Positions 8,891-19,004 are shown, counted from the first letter of the stretch. The stretch is DNA of 64,000 nt from Bacteroidota bacterium (GCA_026391805.1 JAPLDJ010000022.1:2253-66252); one strand, 5' to 3'. Notes: a model not told the origin generated them from the sequence alone. Program-made: numbers and translations.

Positions 8891-9715
8891 TTGAAAAAGA
8901 ATAATGAATTAGCGGAAATTATCTACCACACAAAAAAAGAGACGCTGGCCATCATCCCGGACCGTGTTATGGCTGAGCGCTTCATTGATAACCTGATGGG
9001 GCTTCTTTTCGGGCAGGGTTGCGCAGCTGATGAAGCCTACATCATGAAATGCATTTCCGGGGTAAAAGACGAACTGAAAACGATCCTGAAGGTTTGCTGT
9101 GGTGCTGCAGAGGATGATGCGGGAACCCTGGCAGAACATTTTTTCGAATCCCTTCTCCCTGTCTACCGCCTGCTTCTGGAGGATGCAGCCTTCATCGAAG
9201 CCTCTGACCCCGCAGCGCGGTCGCGCGACGAGGTGATCATAACATACCCTGGCTTTTATGCGATCGCCGTTCACCGTTTTGCTCATGTACTGAACAGGCT
9301 AAAGATACCCTACCTTCCGCGCCTGATCGCGGAACATGCACACAGTAAGACCAGCATCGACATTCATCCCGGGGCCACCATCGGGAGTCCATTCGCCATC
9401 GACCACGGAACCGGTGTTGTAATTGGTGAAACTGCTGAAATCGGGAAACATGTCATAATCTACCAGGGCGTCACCCTGGGTGCTTTGATCGTGAACAAGT
9501 CAGGATCGAACATCAAGCGCCACCCAACGATCGAGGACAACGTGGCATTGTATGCGGGATGTACCATCCTAGGCGGGAACACCACAGTGGGCCATCATTC
9601 CGTCATCGGCGGAAATGTCTGGCTGACTTCCAGTGTCGCTCCCTATTCGGTGGTTTACAATACCTCGCAGATCAAGATCAGGAAATTTGATGAACCAGTT
9701 GATTACACTATTTAA
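8891..9715 (+). CDS. cysE: Serine O-acetyltransferase
   Basis: 274 aa (TTG start in the ORF track). It has the left-handed beta-helix hexapeptide region DIHPGATIGSPFAIDHGTGVVIGETAEIG and lies directly upstream of cysK. Confidence 0.85.
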   Translation: MKKNNELAEIIYHTKKETLAIIPDRVMAERFIDNLMGLLFGQGCAADEAYIMKCISGVKDELKTILKVCCGAAEDDAGTLAEHFFESLLPVYRLLLEDAAFIEASDPAARSRDEVIITYPGFYAIAVHRFAHVLNRLKIPYLPRLIAEHAHSKTSIDIHPGATIGSPFAIDHGTGVVIGETAEIGKHVIIYQGVTLGALIVNKSGSNIKRHPTIEDNVALYAGCTILGGNTTVGHHSVIGGNVWLTSSVAPYSVVYNTSQIKIRKFDEPVDYTI

Positions 9716-9816
9716 ACAATTCAAAAAATGAAACGAGCATGTTCGTTAAACACAAACAAGGATGAAAATCTCACATGCGAGTTCCATCCGACCCATAAAA
9801 TTAAAATTAGTTACGG

Positions 9817-10728
9817 ATGAAAGCAGTAAATATTCTTGGGACAATAGGGAATACTCCTCATGTAAGATTAAACAGGATTTTCCCGGATAAAACTGAAGTA
9901 TGGATGAAGCTGGAACGGGCCAATCCCGGCGCCAGCATCAAGGACCGGATCGCGCTGGCCATGATTGAAGATGCGGAAAAGGAGGGGAAGCTGAACCCCG
10001 GAAGCATCATCATCGAGCCGACCTCCGGCAACACCGGGATCGGGCTTGCCATGGTCGCGGCCGTGAAAGGATACAAACTGCTGCTGGTCATGCCTGAGAG
10101 CATGTCGCTCGAACGGCGGCGCATGATCGCGCTGTTCGGCGCCCAGTTTGAGCTCACGCCCCGCGAAAAAGGGATGAAAGGGGCCATTGAGAAATCACTC
10201 GAGCTGGCAGCTTCCATCCCCGGTTCATGGATCCCGTCGCAGTTCGACAATCCGTCCAACATCCGGATCCACAGAGAAACAACGGCAGCAGAGATTCTCC
10301 GTGATTTTCCGGAAGGATTCGATTTCCTGATTACCGGTGTGGGAACAGGCGGACATATTACAGGAGTAGGAGAGGCGCTGAAAGCTTCTTTCCCAAACCT
10401 GAAGGTCTTTGCCGTTGAACCCGAACTCTCTCCCGTCATCAGCGGGGGCAGCCCGGGCCCGCACCCGATCCAGGGGATCGGCGCAGGGTTCGTTCCGAAA
10501 AACCTTCATATGGAAGTGCTTGACGGGGTTATCAAAGTCAGCAAGGAAGAAGCCTTCGAATATGCCCGGAGACTGGCAAAAGAAGAGGGAATCATTGCAG
10601 GTATTTCCACCGGAGCATCCCTGGCAGCTGTCGCCCAGAAAATAGCCGAGGTCCCTGAGAATAGCCGTATACTGACGTTTGCTTACGATACCGGAGAACG
10701 GTATTTTTCCGTGGAAGGACTCTTCTGA
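9817..10728 (+). CDS. cysK: Cysteine synthase A (O-acetylserine sulfhydrylase)
   Basis: 303 aa with the PLP lysine motif GASIKDRIA, the [10 protein letters not shown] loop, and full-length CysK-like sequence. Confidence 0.93.
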   Translation: MKAVNILGTIGNTPHVRLNRIFPDKTEVWMKLERANPGASIKDRIALAMIEDAEKEGKLNPGSIIIEPTSGNTGIGLAMVAAVKGYKLLLVMPESMSLERRRMIALFGAQFELTPREKGMKGAIEKSLELAASIPGSWIPSQFDNPSNIRIHRETTAAEILRDFPEGFDFLITGVGTGGHITGVGEALKASFPNLKVFAVEPELSPVISGGSPGPHPIQGIGAGFVPKNLHMEVLDGVIKVSKEEAFEYARRLAKEEGIIAGISTGASLAAVAQKIAEVPENSRILTFAYDTGERYFSVEGLF

Positions 10729-10817
10729 AAAGAATTTGAGCTGTTATAACTGTTGGCTGAATACTGGATGCCTATACTACTCAGGACATTCCCATATTCG
10801 CATATTCCCGGATTCCC

Positions 10818-11831
10818 CTACAGGTCTTTCTCGATCGTCTGTACTGCAGCATCCAGCTGGCAATACATTCTTTTGAAGAATTGAAACCGCAGTTTTTCAG
10901 CGACGCCACTGATCAGGTTAGCCTGTTTTATCAGGGTGTTTGTCCAGTATTCCGTCAGGTCGCAGAAATCCCTGTTCGTGGTAAACATTTTATTGAAGGT
11001 GTGGAAACTGCTGTAAACGACCTTAAGATGACCGATCGAAACAATGATAAAGTTGTTGCCGATCTCGATATCGCTGTAGTAGAGTTGAAAATTCTTGTCA
11101 AAATTATTCGTTTCTCCGCTTACCAGCAGCTTCATGTTCATCTCCGCCTCCCGCTGGACGTGCTCAAGTGTTTTTCTTACACCATCAATCAGTTTCAGCG
11201 CATCATCCTTTGACTCAAACAATCCCGCATTCCAGTAATAAATGATCTGTTTGATGATGCTGTTCAGGATACTGTCGGACCAGACTTCCGTTGACGGGAC
11301 TATTGCATACAGGTCGGACAGCTGTTTGCAAAGATCAACCACTTCCGGAAGAACATCCGACACACGGTATTTCTTGGTCAGGTAATCAGGATCATAAGCC
11401 ACGGACCTGAGCCAGTAAAACATCTTGAAATAGAAATACTCCGGGAACCTGAAATAGTGGAAAATGGGAATATCCACTGCAGTATAGGTGATGCTTTTTT
11501 CAGATGCCCTGCTGATCCGTGTCATCTCATCCCTTATTTCGGTAAGATAGCGGATAAAATCAGCCTCTTTTTCAACCTTATTGTAACTGAAATTTACGGT
11601 TCCTGCCTGCAGTGAAGTAAGCGCATCGAATGATACCTTGAAGTGATTGCAGATCAGGATGATCTCGTCCAGCGTCAACGGAGTCTCCCCCCGTATTCTC
11701 CGGTAGGCACTGTCGGAGCTGACCTGCAGGAGGTCTGACATCACATCTACCAGCGACAGATTCGACGGCAGGGTGGTTTTAATCTTGTTAAACAGCAATC
11801 CCTGGGTTTCCTGAAATCCTTTCATGGTCAT
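10818..11831 (-). CDS. Helix-turn-helix domain protein (putative transcriptional regulator, function unknown)
   Basis: 337 aa with an N-terminal HTH-like segment (LSLVDVMSDLLQVSSDSAYRRIRGETPLTLDEIILICNHFKVS). The remaining roughly 260-aa helical domain has no recognisable motif. Confidence 0.45.
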   Translation of the reverse strand: MTMKGFQETQGLLFNKIKTTLPSNLSLVDVMSDLLQVSSDSAYRRIRGETPLTLDEIILICNHFKVSFDALTSLQAGTVNFSYNKVEKEADFIRYLTEIRDEMTRISRASEKSITYTAVDIPIFHYFRFPEYFYFKMFYWLRSVAYDPDYLTKKYRVSDVLPEVVDLCKQLSDLYAIVPSTEVWSDSILNSIIKQIIYYWNAGLFESKDDALKLIDGVRKTLEHVQREAEMNMKLLVSGETNNFDKNFQLYYSDIEIGNNFIIVSIGHLKVVYSSFHTFNKMFTTNRDFCDLTEYWTNTLIKQANLISGVAEKLRFQFFKRMYCQLDAAVQTIEKDL

Positions 11832-11991
11832 GCTCCTTTAGGTGTTTCAAAAGGTAAAAATACGCAATTAAACCTAAAATAGCATTAACAGCAATGAAAA
11901 TATGGTCATTGGTATTTATTTCTCAGGGTATGAAAAAGCATGAATTTTCTTTCCGAAACAGCTTGCACCATTGCACCACCTTACTAAGGAT

Positions 11992-12867
11992 CTACCTCAA
12001 TAAGATATCCCCAATAACAAATGCAGCAAACACCACGCTTCCCATGCCGTTCATGGTGGCGAATGCCATATTGACCCGGGAAAGATCATACGGTTTGACG
12101 ATCAGATGCTCGTAAAGAAGGATGAGGCTGAAAATGATGGCCCCGGTCCAGTAGAGGTAATGAAACTGCCCATACCAGCCTGCATAAATAATGAGTAATA
12201 CGGCAAAGAAATGCAGCAATGCCGAAACGGTAAGCGCAGTTCTGTTTCCGAAGGATTCCGGAACCGACTTCAGGTTTTCGGTCCTGTCAAACTCAACATC
12301 CTGAAGGGCATAAATGATATCAAACCCTGCCACCCAGAAAATAACCACGAATGAATAGATGACCGGGAGTACCGTAAAATGACCGGTAACGGCAAGGTAA
12401 GCCCCGATTGGCGCCAGCGAAAGACCGATTCCAAGGAAGATATGCGATAAAAAGGTAAACCGCTTGGTGAAGCTATAGCCAAGAACTACGAGTAAGGCGA
12501 TAGGAGACAGGAGAAAACAAACCAGGTTGATGAACCAGGTAACAGTCATAAATAGAATCGCATTCAGGAGCACAAAGAGCAGTGCTGAACCCGGCCGGAT
12601 GATCTTTTTCGGAATTTCCCGGAAGGAGGTCCGGGGATTTTTCTGGTCAATTTCGCGGTCGACGAACCGGTTGAACCCCATGGCGGCATTCCGCGCAAAG
12701 AACACGCTCAGCAATACAAGGATCAGGAGCCGGAAGTTCAGGGCATCACCCTTTTCATGCGCGGCAAGGCTGAACCCGATCAGTGCAAACGGAAGGGAAA
12801 AGACCGTATGGCTGATCTTGACCAGCGCAAAATAATCCGATACTTTCGAGCCCTTGTGAAAGATCAT
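11992..12867 (-). CDS. UbiA family aromatic prenyltransferase (4-hydroxybenzoate/menaquinone-type)
   Basis: Polytopic membrane protein with the NxxxDxxxD motif (FNRFVDREID). I chose the start at Met27 of the 317-aa ORF (MIFHKGS...) because a perfect minus-strand TAnnTTTG box lies inside the longer ORF at 12886-12893. Confidence 0.8.
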   Translation of the reverse strand: MIFHKGSKVSDYFALVKISHTVFSLPFALIGFSLAAHEKGDALNFRLLILVLLSVFFARNAAMGFNRFVDREIDQKNPRTSFREIPKKIIRPGSALLFVLLNAILFMTVTWFINLVCFLLSPIALLVVLGYSFTKRFTFLSHIFLGIGLSLAPIGAYLAVTGHFTVLPVIYSFVVIFWVAGFDIIYALQDVEFDRTENLKSVPESFGNRTALTVSALLHFFAVLLIIYAGWYGQFHYLYWTGAIIFSLILLYEHLIVKPYDLSRVNMAFATMNGMGSVVFAAFVIGDILLR

Positions 12868-12885
12868 GACATTCGTGTTGTACTG

Positions 12886-12893
12886 CAAAGGTA
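12886..12893 (-). promoter_or_regulatory. Candidate -7 promoter box (TACCTTTG on the minus strand) for the UbiA-family gene
   Basis: The plus strand reads CAAAGGTA. The box lies 18 nt upstream of the ATG at 12867. Confidence 0.4.
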
Positions 12894-12959
12894 CAAATTT
12901 TAGCCGCCCTTTGTTTTTGGAATAGTTGTTCCAACAGAACATCATACCGCCAAAAACGC

Positions 12960-12967
12960 TAATTTTG
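12960..12967 (+). promoter_or_regulatory. Candidate -7 promoter box (TAATTTTG) for the methyltransferase gene
   Basis: Exact TAnnTTTG match, with 17 nt between the box and the ATG at 12985. Confidence 0.4.
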
Positions 12968-12984
12968 TTCGATTTTTCAAAATC

Positions 12985-13779
12985 ATGGGACCTTCTTCAC
13001 AAGCCGCAATACGTTACATAAAACACAGGTTCAGGTCAAAATCGAGGTTTGAGCTTCATTCCCCTTTTGTCTACAAGATCTATTCTGAGATCCTGACGAA
13101 TAAAACGAGCATTAAAGAATTACAGGCCATTGAAAAGACCAGGAGAAAGCTTCACCGGGATCCCGGGTACATTAAGATGTCGGATATGGGCGCCGGAGCC
13201 GGTGACATTCCATGGTGTCACAAACTGGTTCCGGTAAAGCAGGTAATCAGCAGATCCTGTGTCAGTGCGCCGGTTGGCAGGATCCTTTTCCGGCTGGTGA
13301 AGCAGTTTCAGCCGGCCGTCATGGTTGAACTGGGAACTTCGATCGGTATGAGTACTTCCTATCTTGCGACAGGAAACCCGATGGGGGAGGTGATCACCGT
13401 AGAAGGGTGTGCGGAAACTGCCGAAGCAGCAAGAAAAAACTTTGAGCATCTTGGCCTTTCAAACATCCGGCAGGTAGTTGGCGCCTTTGATGAAGTGCTT
13501 CCGCTGCTGCTTCGGAAACTGGGGAAAGTCGATCTTTTTTTCATTGACGGAAACCACCGGAAAACCCCTTCCCTGAATTATTTTAACCAGTGCCTGCAAC
13601 ACATTCACAACGATTCCGTTCTTATTCTGGATGATATCCACTGGTCGGAGGAAATGGAAGAAGCCTGGGATGAGATCCGGGCGCATCCGTCGGTTACCGT
13701 CACCATTGACCTGTTCAGGATGGGGTTGGTCTTTTTTAATACCGGTCTGAGCAAGGAAGATTTTATCCTTCATCTTTAA
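12985..13779 (+). CDS. Class I SAM-dependent (O-)methyltransferase
   Basis: 264 aa with the SAM-binding motif VELGTSIGMSTSYLA and the downstream FFIDGNHRK, typical of the O-methyltransferase family 3 fold. Confidence 0.7.
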   Translation: MGPSSQAAIRYIKHRFRSKSRFELHSPFVYKIYSEILTNKTSIKELQAIEKTRRKLHRDPGYIKMSDMGAGAGDIPWCHKLVPVKQVISRSCVSAPVGRILFRLVKQFQPAVMVELGTSIGMSTSYLATGNPMGEVITVEGCAETAEAARKNFEHLGLSNIRQVVGAFDEVLPLLLRKLGKVDLFFIDGNHRKTPSLNYFNQCLQHIHNDSVLILDDIHWSEEMEEAWDEIRAHPSVTVTIDLFRMGLVFFNTGLSKEDFILHL

Positions 13780-13788
13780 GATTTATTG

Positions 13789-13796
13789 TATTTTTG
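13789..13796 (+). promoter_or_regulatory. Candidate -7 promoter box (TATTTTTG) for the ABC ATPase gene
   Basis: Exact TAnnTTTG match, with 37 nt between the box and the ATG at 13834. Confidence 0.35.
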
Positions 13797-13833
13797 CTGA
13801 TATACAGATATTCCGGTTATAACAACTGTTCTT

Positions 13834-14568
13834 ATGGAAAAAGAAGTCATCCGGCTGGTTGATATTGTGAAGAATTTCAGGGTTGGTACGGTTACCGTCG
13901 AAGCCCTGCGCTCCGTTTCGGTCGTGATCAGGAAAAATGAATTTGTCGCCATCATGGGTCCTTCCGGGTCGGGCAAATCGACCCTGATGAACATCCTCGG
14001 CTGCCTGGATACACCCACCAGCGGCTCTTATCTTCTGAACGGTGAGGATGTAAGTAAACTCGACGACAACCACCTCGCCGAAATCCGGAACCGGATGATC
14101 GGGTTCGTTTTCCAGACCTTCAACCTGTTGCCCCGCTCCACCGCCCTCGAAAATGTCATGTTGCCGCTCATTTATGCCGGGGTGACCAAGGGAAAACGGA
14201 TTGAACGGGCCACGGAAGTGCTCGACGAAGTAAAGCTTTCCGACCGTATTGCACACAAGCCGAATGAACTTTCAGGAGGACAGCGTCAGCGTGTGGCCAT
14301 GGCCCGCGCACTGGTAAACAATCCGGCCATTATCCTTGCCGACGAACCTACCGGAAACCTCGATTCCAAGACTTCCATCGAAATTCTCGGTTTGCTTGAA
14401 GATATCCACAAGATGGGAAATACGGTCATCATTGTTACGCACGAAGAGGATATCGCCATGCACGCCCACCGCATCATCCGACTGATGGACGGGAAGATAT
14501 CATCCGATGAGATCAACCCGAAGATAAAAACCATAGCGGATTACAACCTGGTTCAACAGGAATCTTAA
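13834..14568 (+). CDS. ABC transporter ATP-binding protein (MacB/LolD-like)
   Basis: 244 aa with Walker [10 protein letters not shown], signature [15 protein letters not shown] and Walker [12 protein letters not shown]. Confidence 0.92.
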   Translation: MEKEVIRLVDIVKNFRVGTVTVEALRSVSVVIRKNEFVAIMGPSGSGKSTLMNILGCLDTPTSGSYLLNGEDVSKLDDNHLAEIRNRMIGFVFQTFNLLPRSTALENVMLPLIYAGVTKGKRIERATEVLDEVKLSDRIAHKPNELSGGQRQRVAMARALVNNPAIILADEPTGNLDSKTSIEILGLLEDIHKMGNTVIIVTHEEDIAMHAHRIIRLMDGKISSDEINPKIKTIADYNLVQQES

Positions 14569-14582
14569 TGCCCCTGTGATTC

Positions 14583-15590
14583 ATGAACAAGCAGCACAAT
14601 TACAAAAAGCTTTTCGAAGACTTCAATAAACTTACCGTGATGATCATCGGGGATGTGATGGTCGATTCCTACCTGTGGGGAAAGGTCGAGCGGATCTCCC
14701 CGGAAGCCCCGATCCCGATCGTTGCCTTGAAGAAACGGGAAAACAGGATGGGCGGTGCGGCAAATGTTGCCATGAACATTAAGAGCATGGGCGCAAGGCC
14801 GATCCTCTGCTCGGTAATAGGTGATGATGAGAAAGGAGCAAATTTCCTTGATCTCCTCAAACGGGAAAAAATAGAGACAAAGGGGATTTTACAGAGTTCC
14901 CGCAGGATCACCACGACGAAATTCAGGATCTTCGGAAACAGCACACAGATGCTCCGGGTTGATGAGGAGGTGCAGAGTGACCTCTCCGACACGGACCGGA
15001 CAAGCCTCCTGAACACCATCGACGAGATCCTCTCAACAGAAAAAATTGACTGCATCATCTTCCAGGATTACAATAAAGGCGTGATCAATCCCGCACTGAT
15101 CGCGGAGATCGTCAACCGCACGTCGGCCTTCAATATCCCGGTAACGGTCGATCCAAAGAAAAAGAATTTCTATGACTATGTGGGCGTGACGCTCTTCAAG
15201 CCAAACCTGAAGGAGCTCAAAGAAGGGATGAAGGCTGATTTTGACCCCAGTGACCGGGAGAAGCTGCTTGATGCCGTGAAGACCCTGCGTGAAAAGCTGC
15301 AGTGCAAATACATCCTTACAACCATGTCGGAGCAGGGCGTACTGATCAGCATGAAGGATACGCTGGATGAGAAGAACATTTTCATCCCTGCACATGTCCG
15401 GTCCATCTCGGATGTTTCAGGCGCCGGCGATACGGTGATCAGCGTCGCTTCCCTCTGCCTTGCCTGCAAATGCTCACCGTATGAGATCGCCTACATTTCA
15501 AACCTGGCGGGCGGGCTTGTGTGCGAGGAGGTAGGCGTATCCCCTGTAAGTAAAGATAAGCTTCTCAAAGAGGTACTTGCCCTTCTCTGA
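14583..15590 (+). CDS. D-glycero-beta-D-manno-heptose-7-phosphate kinase (RfaE domain I, PfkB family)
   Basis: 335 aa with VMIIGDVMVDSYLWGKVERISPEAPIPIV and the PfkB signature DVSGAGDTV. Confidence 0.8.
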   Translation: MNKQHNYKKLFEDFNKLTVMIIGDVMVDSYLWGKVERISPEAPIPIVALKKRENRMGGAANVAMNIKSMGARPILCSVIGDDEKGANFLDLLKREKIETKGILQSSRRITTTKFRIFGNSTQMLRVDEEVQSDLSDTDRTSLLNTIDEILSTEKIDCIIFQDYNKGVINPALIAEIVNRTSAFNIPVTVDPKKKNFYDYVGVTLFKPNLKELKEGMKADFDPSDREKLLDAVKTLREKLQCKYILTTMSEQGVLISMKDTLDEKNIFIPAHVRSISDVSGAGDTVISVASLCLACKCSPYEIAYISNLAGGLVCEEVGVSPVSKDKLLKEVLALL

Positions 15591-16879
15591 TGTCTTTCGA
15601 TGCCGATGTGATCGTTGTTGGCGGCGGGCCTGCGGGTTCCATGGCTTCTTTTTTCCTGGCTGCTGAAGGTGTTTCTGTCATCCTGCTGGAAAAGTCAGCT
15701 TTCCCAAGGTACAAAGTTTGCGGAGGAGGACTGACCCACAAGATCCTGGCTGAAATTCCATTTGATCTTTCCGGGACGATTGAAACGACGATAAGGTCGA
15801 TCCGTTTTTCCCATGCTTTCCAACATGTTTTTACACGGACCTCTGACGAGCCCATGATGTATTGCACCATGCGCAGCGACCTGGATCAATTTCTTCTGCA
15901 GAAAGCCGCTGAAGCCGGTACAAATGTATTTACAGGTGAGCAGGTCACAGGATTTATTCAGGAAGAAAACGGGATCACAATCACAACCAAAGCAAGGTCT
16001 TACCGTTCCAGGTTGCTGATAGGGGCAGAAGGCGCATCCGGGATTGTCTCCAGGGTGGCCGGTTTGCGGGATTCCATCGAACAGGGGCTTGCATGGGAAG
16101 CCGAGGTGACGGCTGATCCTGATGATCTTAAAACCTATGCCCAGACTGTTTTTCTCGATTGGGGAACACTTCCCGGCGGCTATGCCTGGGTCTTCCCGAA
16201 AAAGGATCATTTCTCAATCGGCGTGGGTGGTCCTGCGGTCTTTTCAAAACAGATGATGCCTTATTATGACAGGTTCATGTCGTCAATCGGAGTTCAAAAT
16301 CCTCAGTCCTCAGTCCTCAGTCCTCAGTCGTCAGTCCTCAGTCTTCAGTCCTCAGTCCTCAGACCTCAGACCTCAGACATCAGGTTCAAAGAAACCCTAT
16401 CCATACATTCATGGCCCATTCCAATTCGGACGAAAAAATCCAGATTCCACAACGGCCATGTTCTCGTGACCGGTGACTCCGCCGGCCTTGGTGATCCTCT
16501 GACCGGCGAAGGGATCTACTATGCCGTCAGAAGCGGGAAACTTGCAGCCGGAGCCTGCATGGAATATCTTTCAGGAAAGACCGGAGACCTGGATGTCTAT
16601 TCTCAAAAGGTCAATGACGAACTGATGGCAGAGCTCTTAGAAGCCAACAGGATCAAGCATCTGTTTAATGCAGTTCCGCTGAAGATCCATTCTTTTGTCA
16701 GGGACAGCGATCGTGCATGGAGGGCATTCGGGAAAGTCCTTCGCGGTGAACGCTGGTACAAAGATGTACGTAATGGTTTTGGCAAATGGAAACACTTGTG
16801 GCCCCTCGTGTGCTTCCTTGCAGGGATCATTGAAAAAAGAAAAGAAGTAAACTTCCTGAAAAAAGGATTCCGGGCGTGA
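15590..16879 (+). CDS. Geranylgeranyl reductase family FAD-dependent oxidoreductase
   Basis: 429 aa with the dinucleotide-binding motif DVIVVGGGPAGSMASFFLA, GYAWVFPKKDHFSIGVG, and the downstream LVTGDSAGLGDPLTGEGI. It contains the 84-bp heptamer array listed separately. Confidence 0.85.
   Translation: MSFDADVIVVGGGPAGSMASFFLAAEGVSVILLEKSAFPRYKVCGGGLTHKILAEIPFDLSGTIETTIRSIRFSHAFQHVFTRTSDEPMMYCTMRSDLDQFLLQKAAEAGTNVFTGEQVTGFIQEENGITITTKARSYRSRLLIGAEGASGIVSRVAGLRDSIEQGLAWEAEVTADPDDLKTYAQTVFLDWGTLPGGYAWVFPKKDHFSIGVGGPAVFSKQMMPYYDRFMSSIGVQNPQSSVLSPQSSVLSLQSSVLRPQTSDIRFKETLSIHSWPIPIRTKKSRFHNGHVLVTGDSAGLGDPLTGEGIYYAVRSGKLAAGACMEYLSGKTGDLDVYSQKVNDELMAELLEANRIKHLFNAVPLKIHSFVRDSDRAWRAFGKVLRGERWYKDVRNGFGKWKHLWPLVCFLAGIIEKRKEVNFLKKGFRA
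16301..16384 (+). repeat. 12-unit tandem heptanucleotide array (CCTCAGT-type) inside a CDS
   Basis: Units read directly are CCTCAGT x4, CGTCAGT, CCTCAGT, CTTCAGT, CCTCAGT, CCTCAGA x3 and CATCAGG. The translation is PQSSVLS PQSSVLS LQSSVLR PQTSDIR. Confidence 0.95.
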
Positions 16880-16881
16880 TC

Positions 16882-17340
16882 TCAGCTTCCGAGCAAACGC
16901 TTTACAATCTCCGACACCTTCTTGTTATCTGCCTTTCCTGCCATCTCTTTCGATGCCATGCCCATCACCTTTCCCATATCTTTAATGGACGATGCACCTG
17001 TCTGAGTTATGATCTGTTTGATCTTTTCCGAAATCTCCTCTTCGGATAACTGCTGCGGAAGGTATTTCTCGATGATGGATGCCTCGAAACGTTCTTTTGT
17101 TGCCAGGTCTTCCCGGTTGGCCGCTGCATAAATATCGGCCGATTCCCTGCGTTGCTTTACCAGTTTCTGCAGAAGCGTCAGTTCAACCGATTCAGGTATC
17201 TCCCCGGTGGTTCCCTCCTTGGTCTTCTCAAGGAGCAATGCCGCTTTGATGGCCCTTAAGGCTTCCAGTTTTTCAGGATCCCTCGAGAGCATTGCATTTT
17301 TTATGTCCTCGTTGATCAGCTTTTCAAGTTCCATGGTCAA
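16882..17340 (-). CDS. yqeY: GatB/YqeY domain protein
   Basis: 152 aa with typical YqeY sequence (LINEDIKNAMLSRD...LEALRAIKAALLLE...YLPQQLSEEEI). Confidence 0.88.
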   Translation of the reverse strand: MTMELEKLINEDIKNAMLSRDPEKLEALRAIKAALLLEKTKEGTTGEIPESVELTLLQKLVKQRRESADIYAAANREDLATKERFEASIIEKYLPQQLSEEEISEKIKQIITQTGASSIKDMGKVMGMASKEMAGKADNKKVSEIVKRLLGS

Positions 17341-19004
17341 TCCACGTTATTGTGCAGAAAAGAGTTTTCTTTCTTTATCTCGACGTTCTTATCCTTATCC
17401 GTAACGGTATAGAGTTCGATCTGTGATTCGGATGAAGGCTGAACATCGGCGAGCTCAACGTTTCTGCGCTTGTATGCCGGTACGCTTTCGATCTCGGCCA
17501 GGTGGGTTTCAAGCGGAGGATGGGTCTTCAGCTTTTCGCTCAGCGCCCTGAGTTTCTGAACCCGGTCGTTCATCATCTTCTCCATTTCCGGGTGCTCTTT
17601 CTTGGCCTCTTCCACAGTCTTTTCAACGGGCTTGAATGATGGCCTGGAAAGCACTTCCGACACAGGCACTTCTACTTCTCTTTTATAAGCAGACTCTTCG
17701 GTAGGTTCTTCATGGTAAATCTTCCGGGGTTCAGGTTCCTGGTGTCCGAGGTCAAAGACGATGGTACGCTGCGGAGCCGGTTCATCCATCACCGGTTCTT
17801 TTTCAAATACGGGAGTCATGGGTTCTGGCTCGGGTTCGGGTTCCGGAAGTGGTGAAACGATCCGGATCTCTTCCAGCATCTCGTAATTGACCGATATTTC
17901 CGGCTCTGGCTGTGTGACAGGTGCCTCTGGTTCCGGTTTGATCATCACCGGAGTTTCCAATGGTACCGGGGCTTTTTGACCCGGCTGGTCGTAAAGGGGA
18001 GTAACGACAAAAGCTTTTTCCTGCGGAGCAGGTTTCCTCTTATGCTCCTCATCAAATCCCGTGGCGATGATGGTCACATTGATGTTATCGTCCAGCGATT
18101 CATCAGTCCCGTTACCCCAGATCACCTCTGCGGAATTCTTTGTCTTTTCCTGGATGTAATCGGTGATCTCGGTCACCTCGTCCATGGTGATCTCTTCTTT
18201 GCCGGAGGTGATGTACAGCAGCAGGTTATTGGCTCCTTCAATGTTGTTGTCGTTCAGCAGGGGTGAGCTCAGGGCCATTTCAATGGCATTGATGGCGCGG
18301 TCAGGACCGTTTGCGATGCCTGAACCCATGATGGCTACACCGCTTTCTTTCATCACGGTCTTTACATCTTCAAAATCGACGTTGATGTAGCCGGTCACGG
18401 TAATGATTTCGGCAATCCCCTTGGCAGCCGTCGTAAGGACGTCATCCGCATGACCGAATGCAGCAGAGAGCCGCTGGTCGCCAAAAAGCTCGCGCAGTTT
18501 GTCGTTGTTGATGATCAGTACAGCGTCCACGTGTTTCTTCAGTTCAGCAATCCCCTGTTCTGCGTGCTGTTTACGTTTCCTCCCTTCAAAAGAGAACGGC
18601 ATCGTGATGATACCGACGGTAAGGATGCCAAGTTCCTTTGAAACACTGGCAATAACGGGTGCTGCACCTGTTCCGGTTCCCCCGCCCATCCCGGCGGTGA
18701 TGAACAACATTTTGGTTCCTTTTTCAAGAATGGTGCGCAGTTCCTGGATGTTTTCCAGTGCTGCATTTTTTCCGACCGAAGGAACAGCGCCTGCGCCAAG
18801 TCCTCCTGTTAAATTCTCTCCAAGAGCAATCTTGGTAGGGACGGGACTTGATTCCATTGCCTGAATATCCGTATTGCAGATAATGAAATCAACACCTTTG
18901 ATACCCTGCCTGTACATATGCGTTACGGCATTGCTGCCACCTCCGCCTACACCAATCACTTTAATGATTGAGGACTGATTCTTGGGTAAATCGAATTTCA
19001 ACAT
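17337..19004 (-). CDS. ftsZ: Cell division protein FtsZ
   Basis: 555 aa with the tubulin signature GMGGGTGTGAAPVIAS. It has a long Pro/Glu-rich linker, a C-terminal VPAYKRRN peptide and the Bacteroidota-type NSFLHNNVD tail. Confidence 0.97.
   Translation of the reverse strand: MLKFDLPKNQSSIIKVIGVGGGGSNAVTHMYRQGIKGVDFIICNTDIQAMESSPVPTKIALGENLTGGLGAGAVPSVGKNAALENIQELRTILEKGTKMLFITAGMGGGTGTGAAPVIASVSKELGILTVGIITMPFSFEGRKRKQHAEQGIAELKKHVDAVLIINNDKLRELFGDQRLSAAFGHADDVLTTAAKGIAEIITVTGYINVDFEDVKTVMKESGVAIMGSGIANGPDRAINAIEMALSSPLLNDNNIEGANNLLLYITSGKEEITMDEVTEITDYIQEKTKNSAEVIWGNGTDESLDDNINVTIIATGFDEEHKRKPAPQEKAFVVTPLYDQPGQKAPVPLETPVMIKPEPEAPVTQPEPEISVNYEMLEEIRIVSPLPEPEPEPEPMTPVFEKEPVMDEPAPQRTIVFDLGHQEPEPRKIYHEEPTEESAYKREVEVPVSEVLSRPSFKPVEKTVEEAKKEHPEMEKMMNDRVQKLRALSEKLKTHPPLETHLAEIESVPAYKRRNVELADVQPSSESQIELYTVTDKDKNVEIKKENSFLHNNVD

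Noticed and set aside
16301-16384. Possible CRISPR array or minisatellite, suggested by the obvious direct repeats.
   Set aside because: The units are 7 bp long and contiguous, with no spacers, and there are no cas genes in the window. This is a microsatellite-like heptamer array, not CRISPR.
17700-18000. Pro/Glu-rich low-complexity segment (LPEPEPEPEPMTP, with near-hexamer DNA repeats) in FtsZ.
   Set aside because: It lies in the intrinsically disordered C-terminal linker, which varies in length and composition among FtsZ proteins. The conserved C-terminal peptide is intact.
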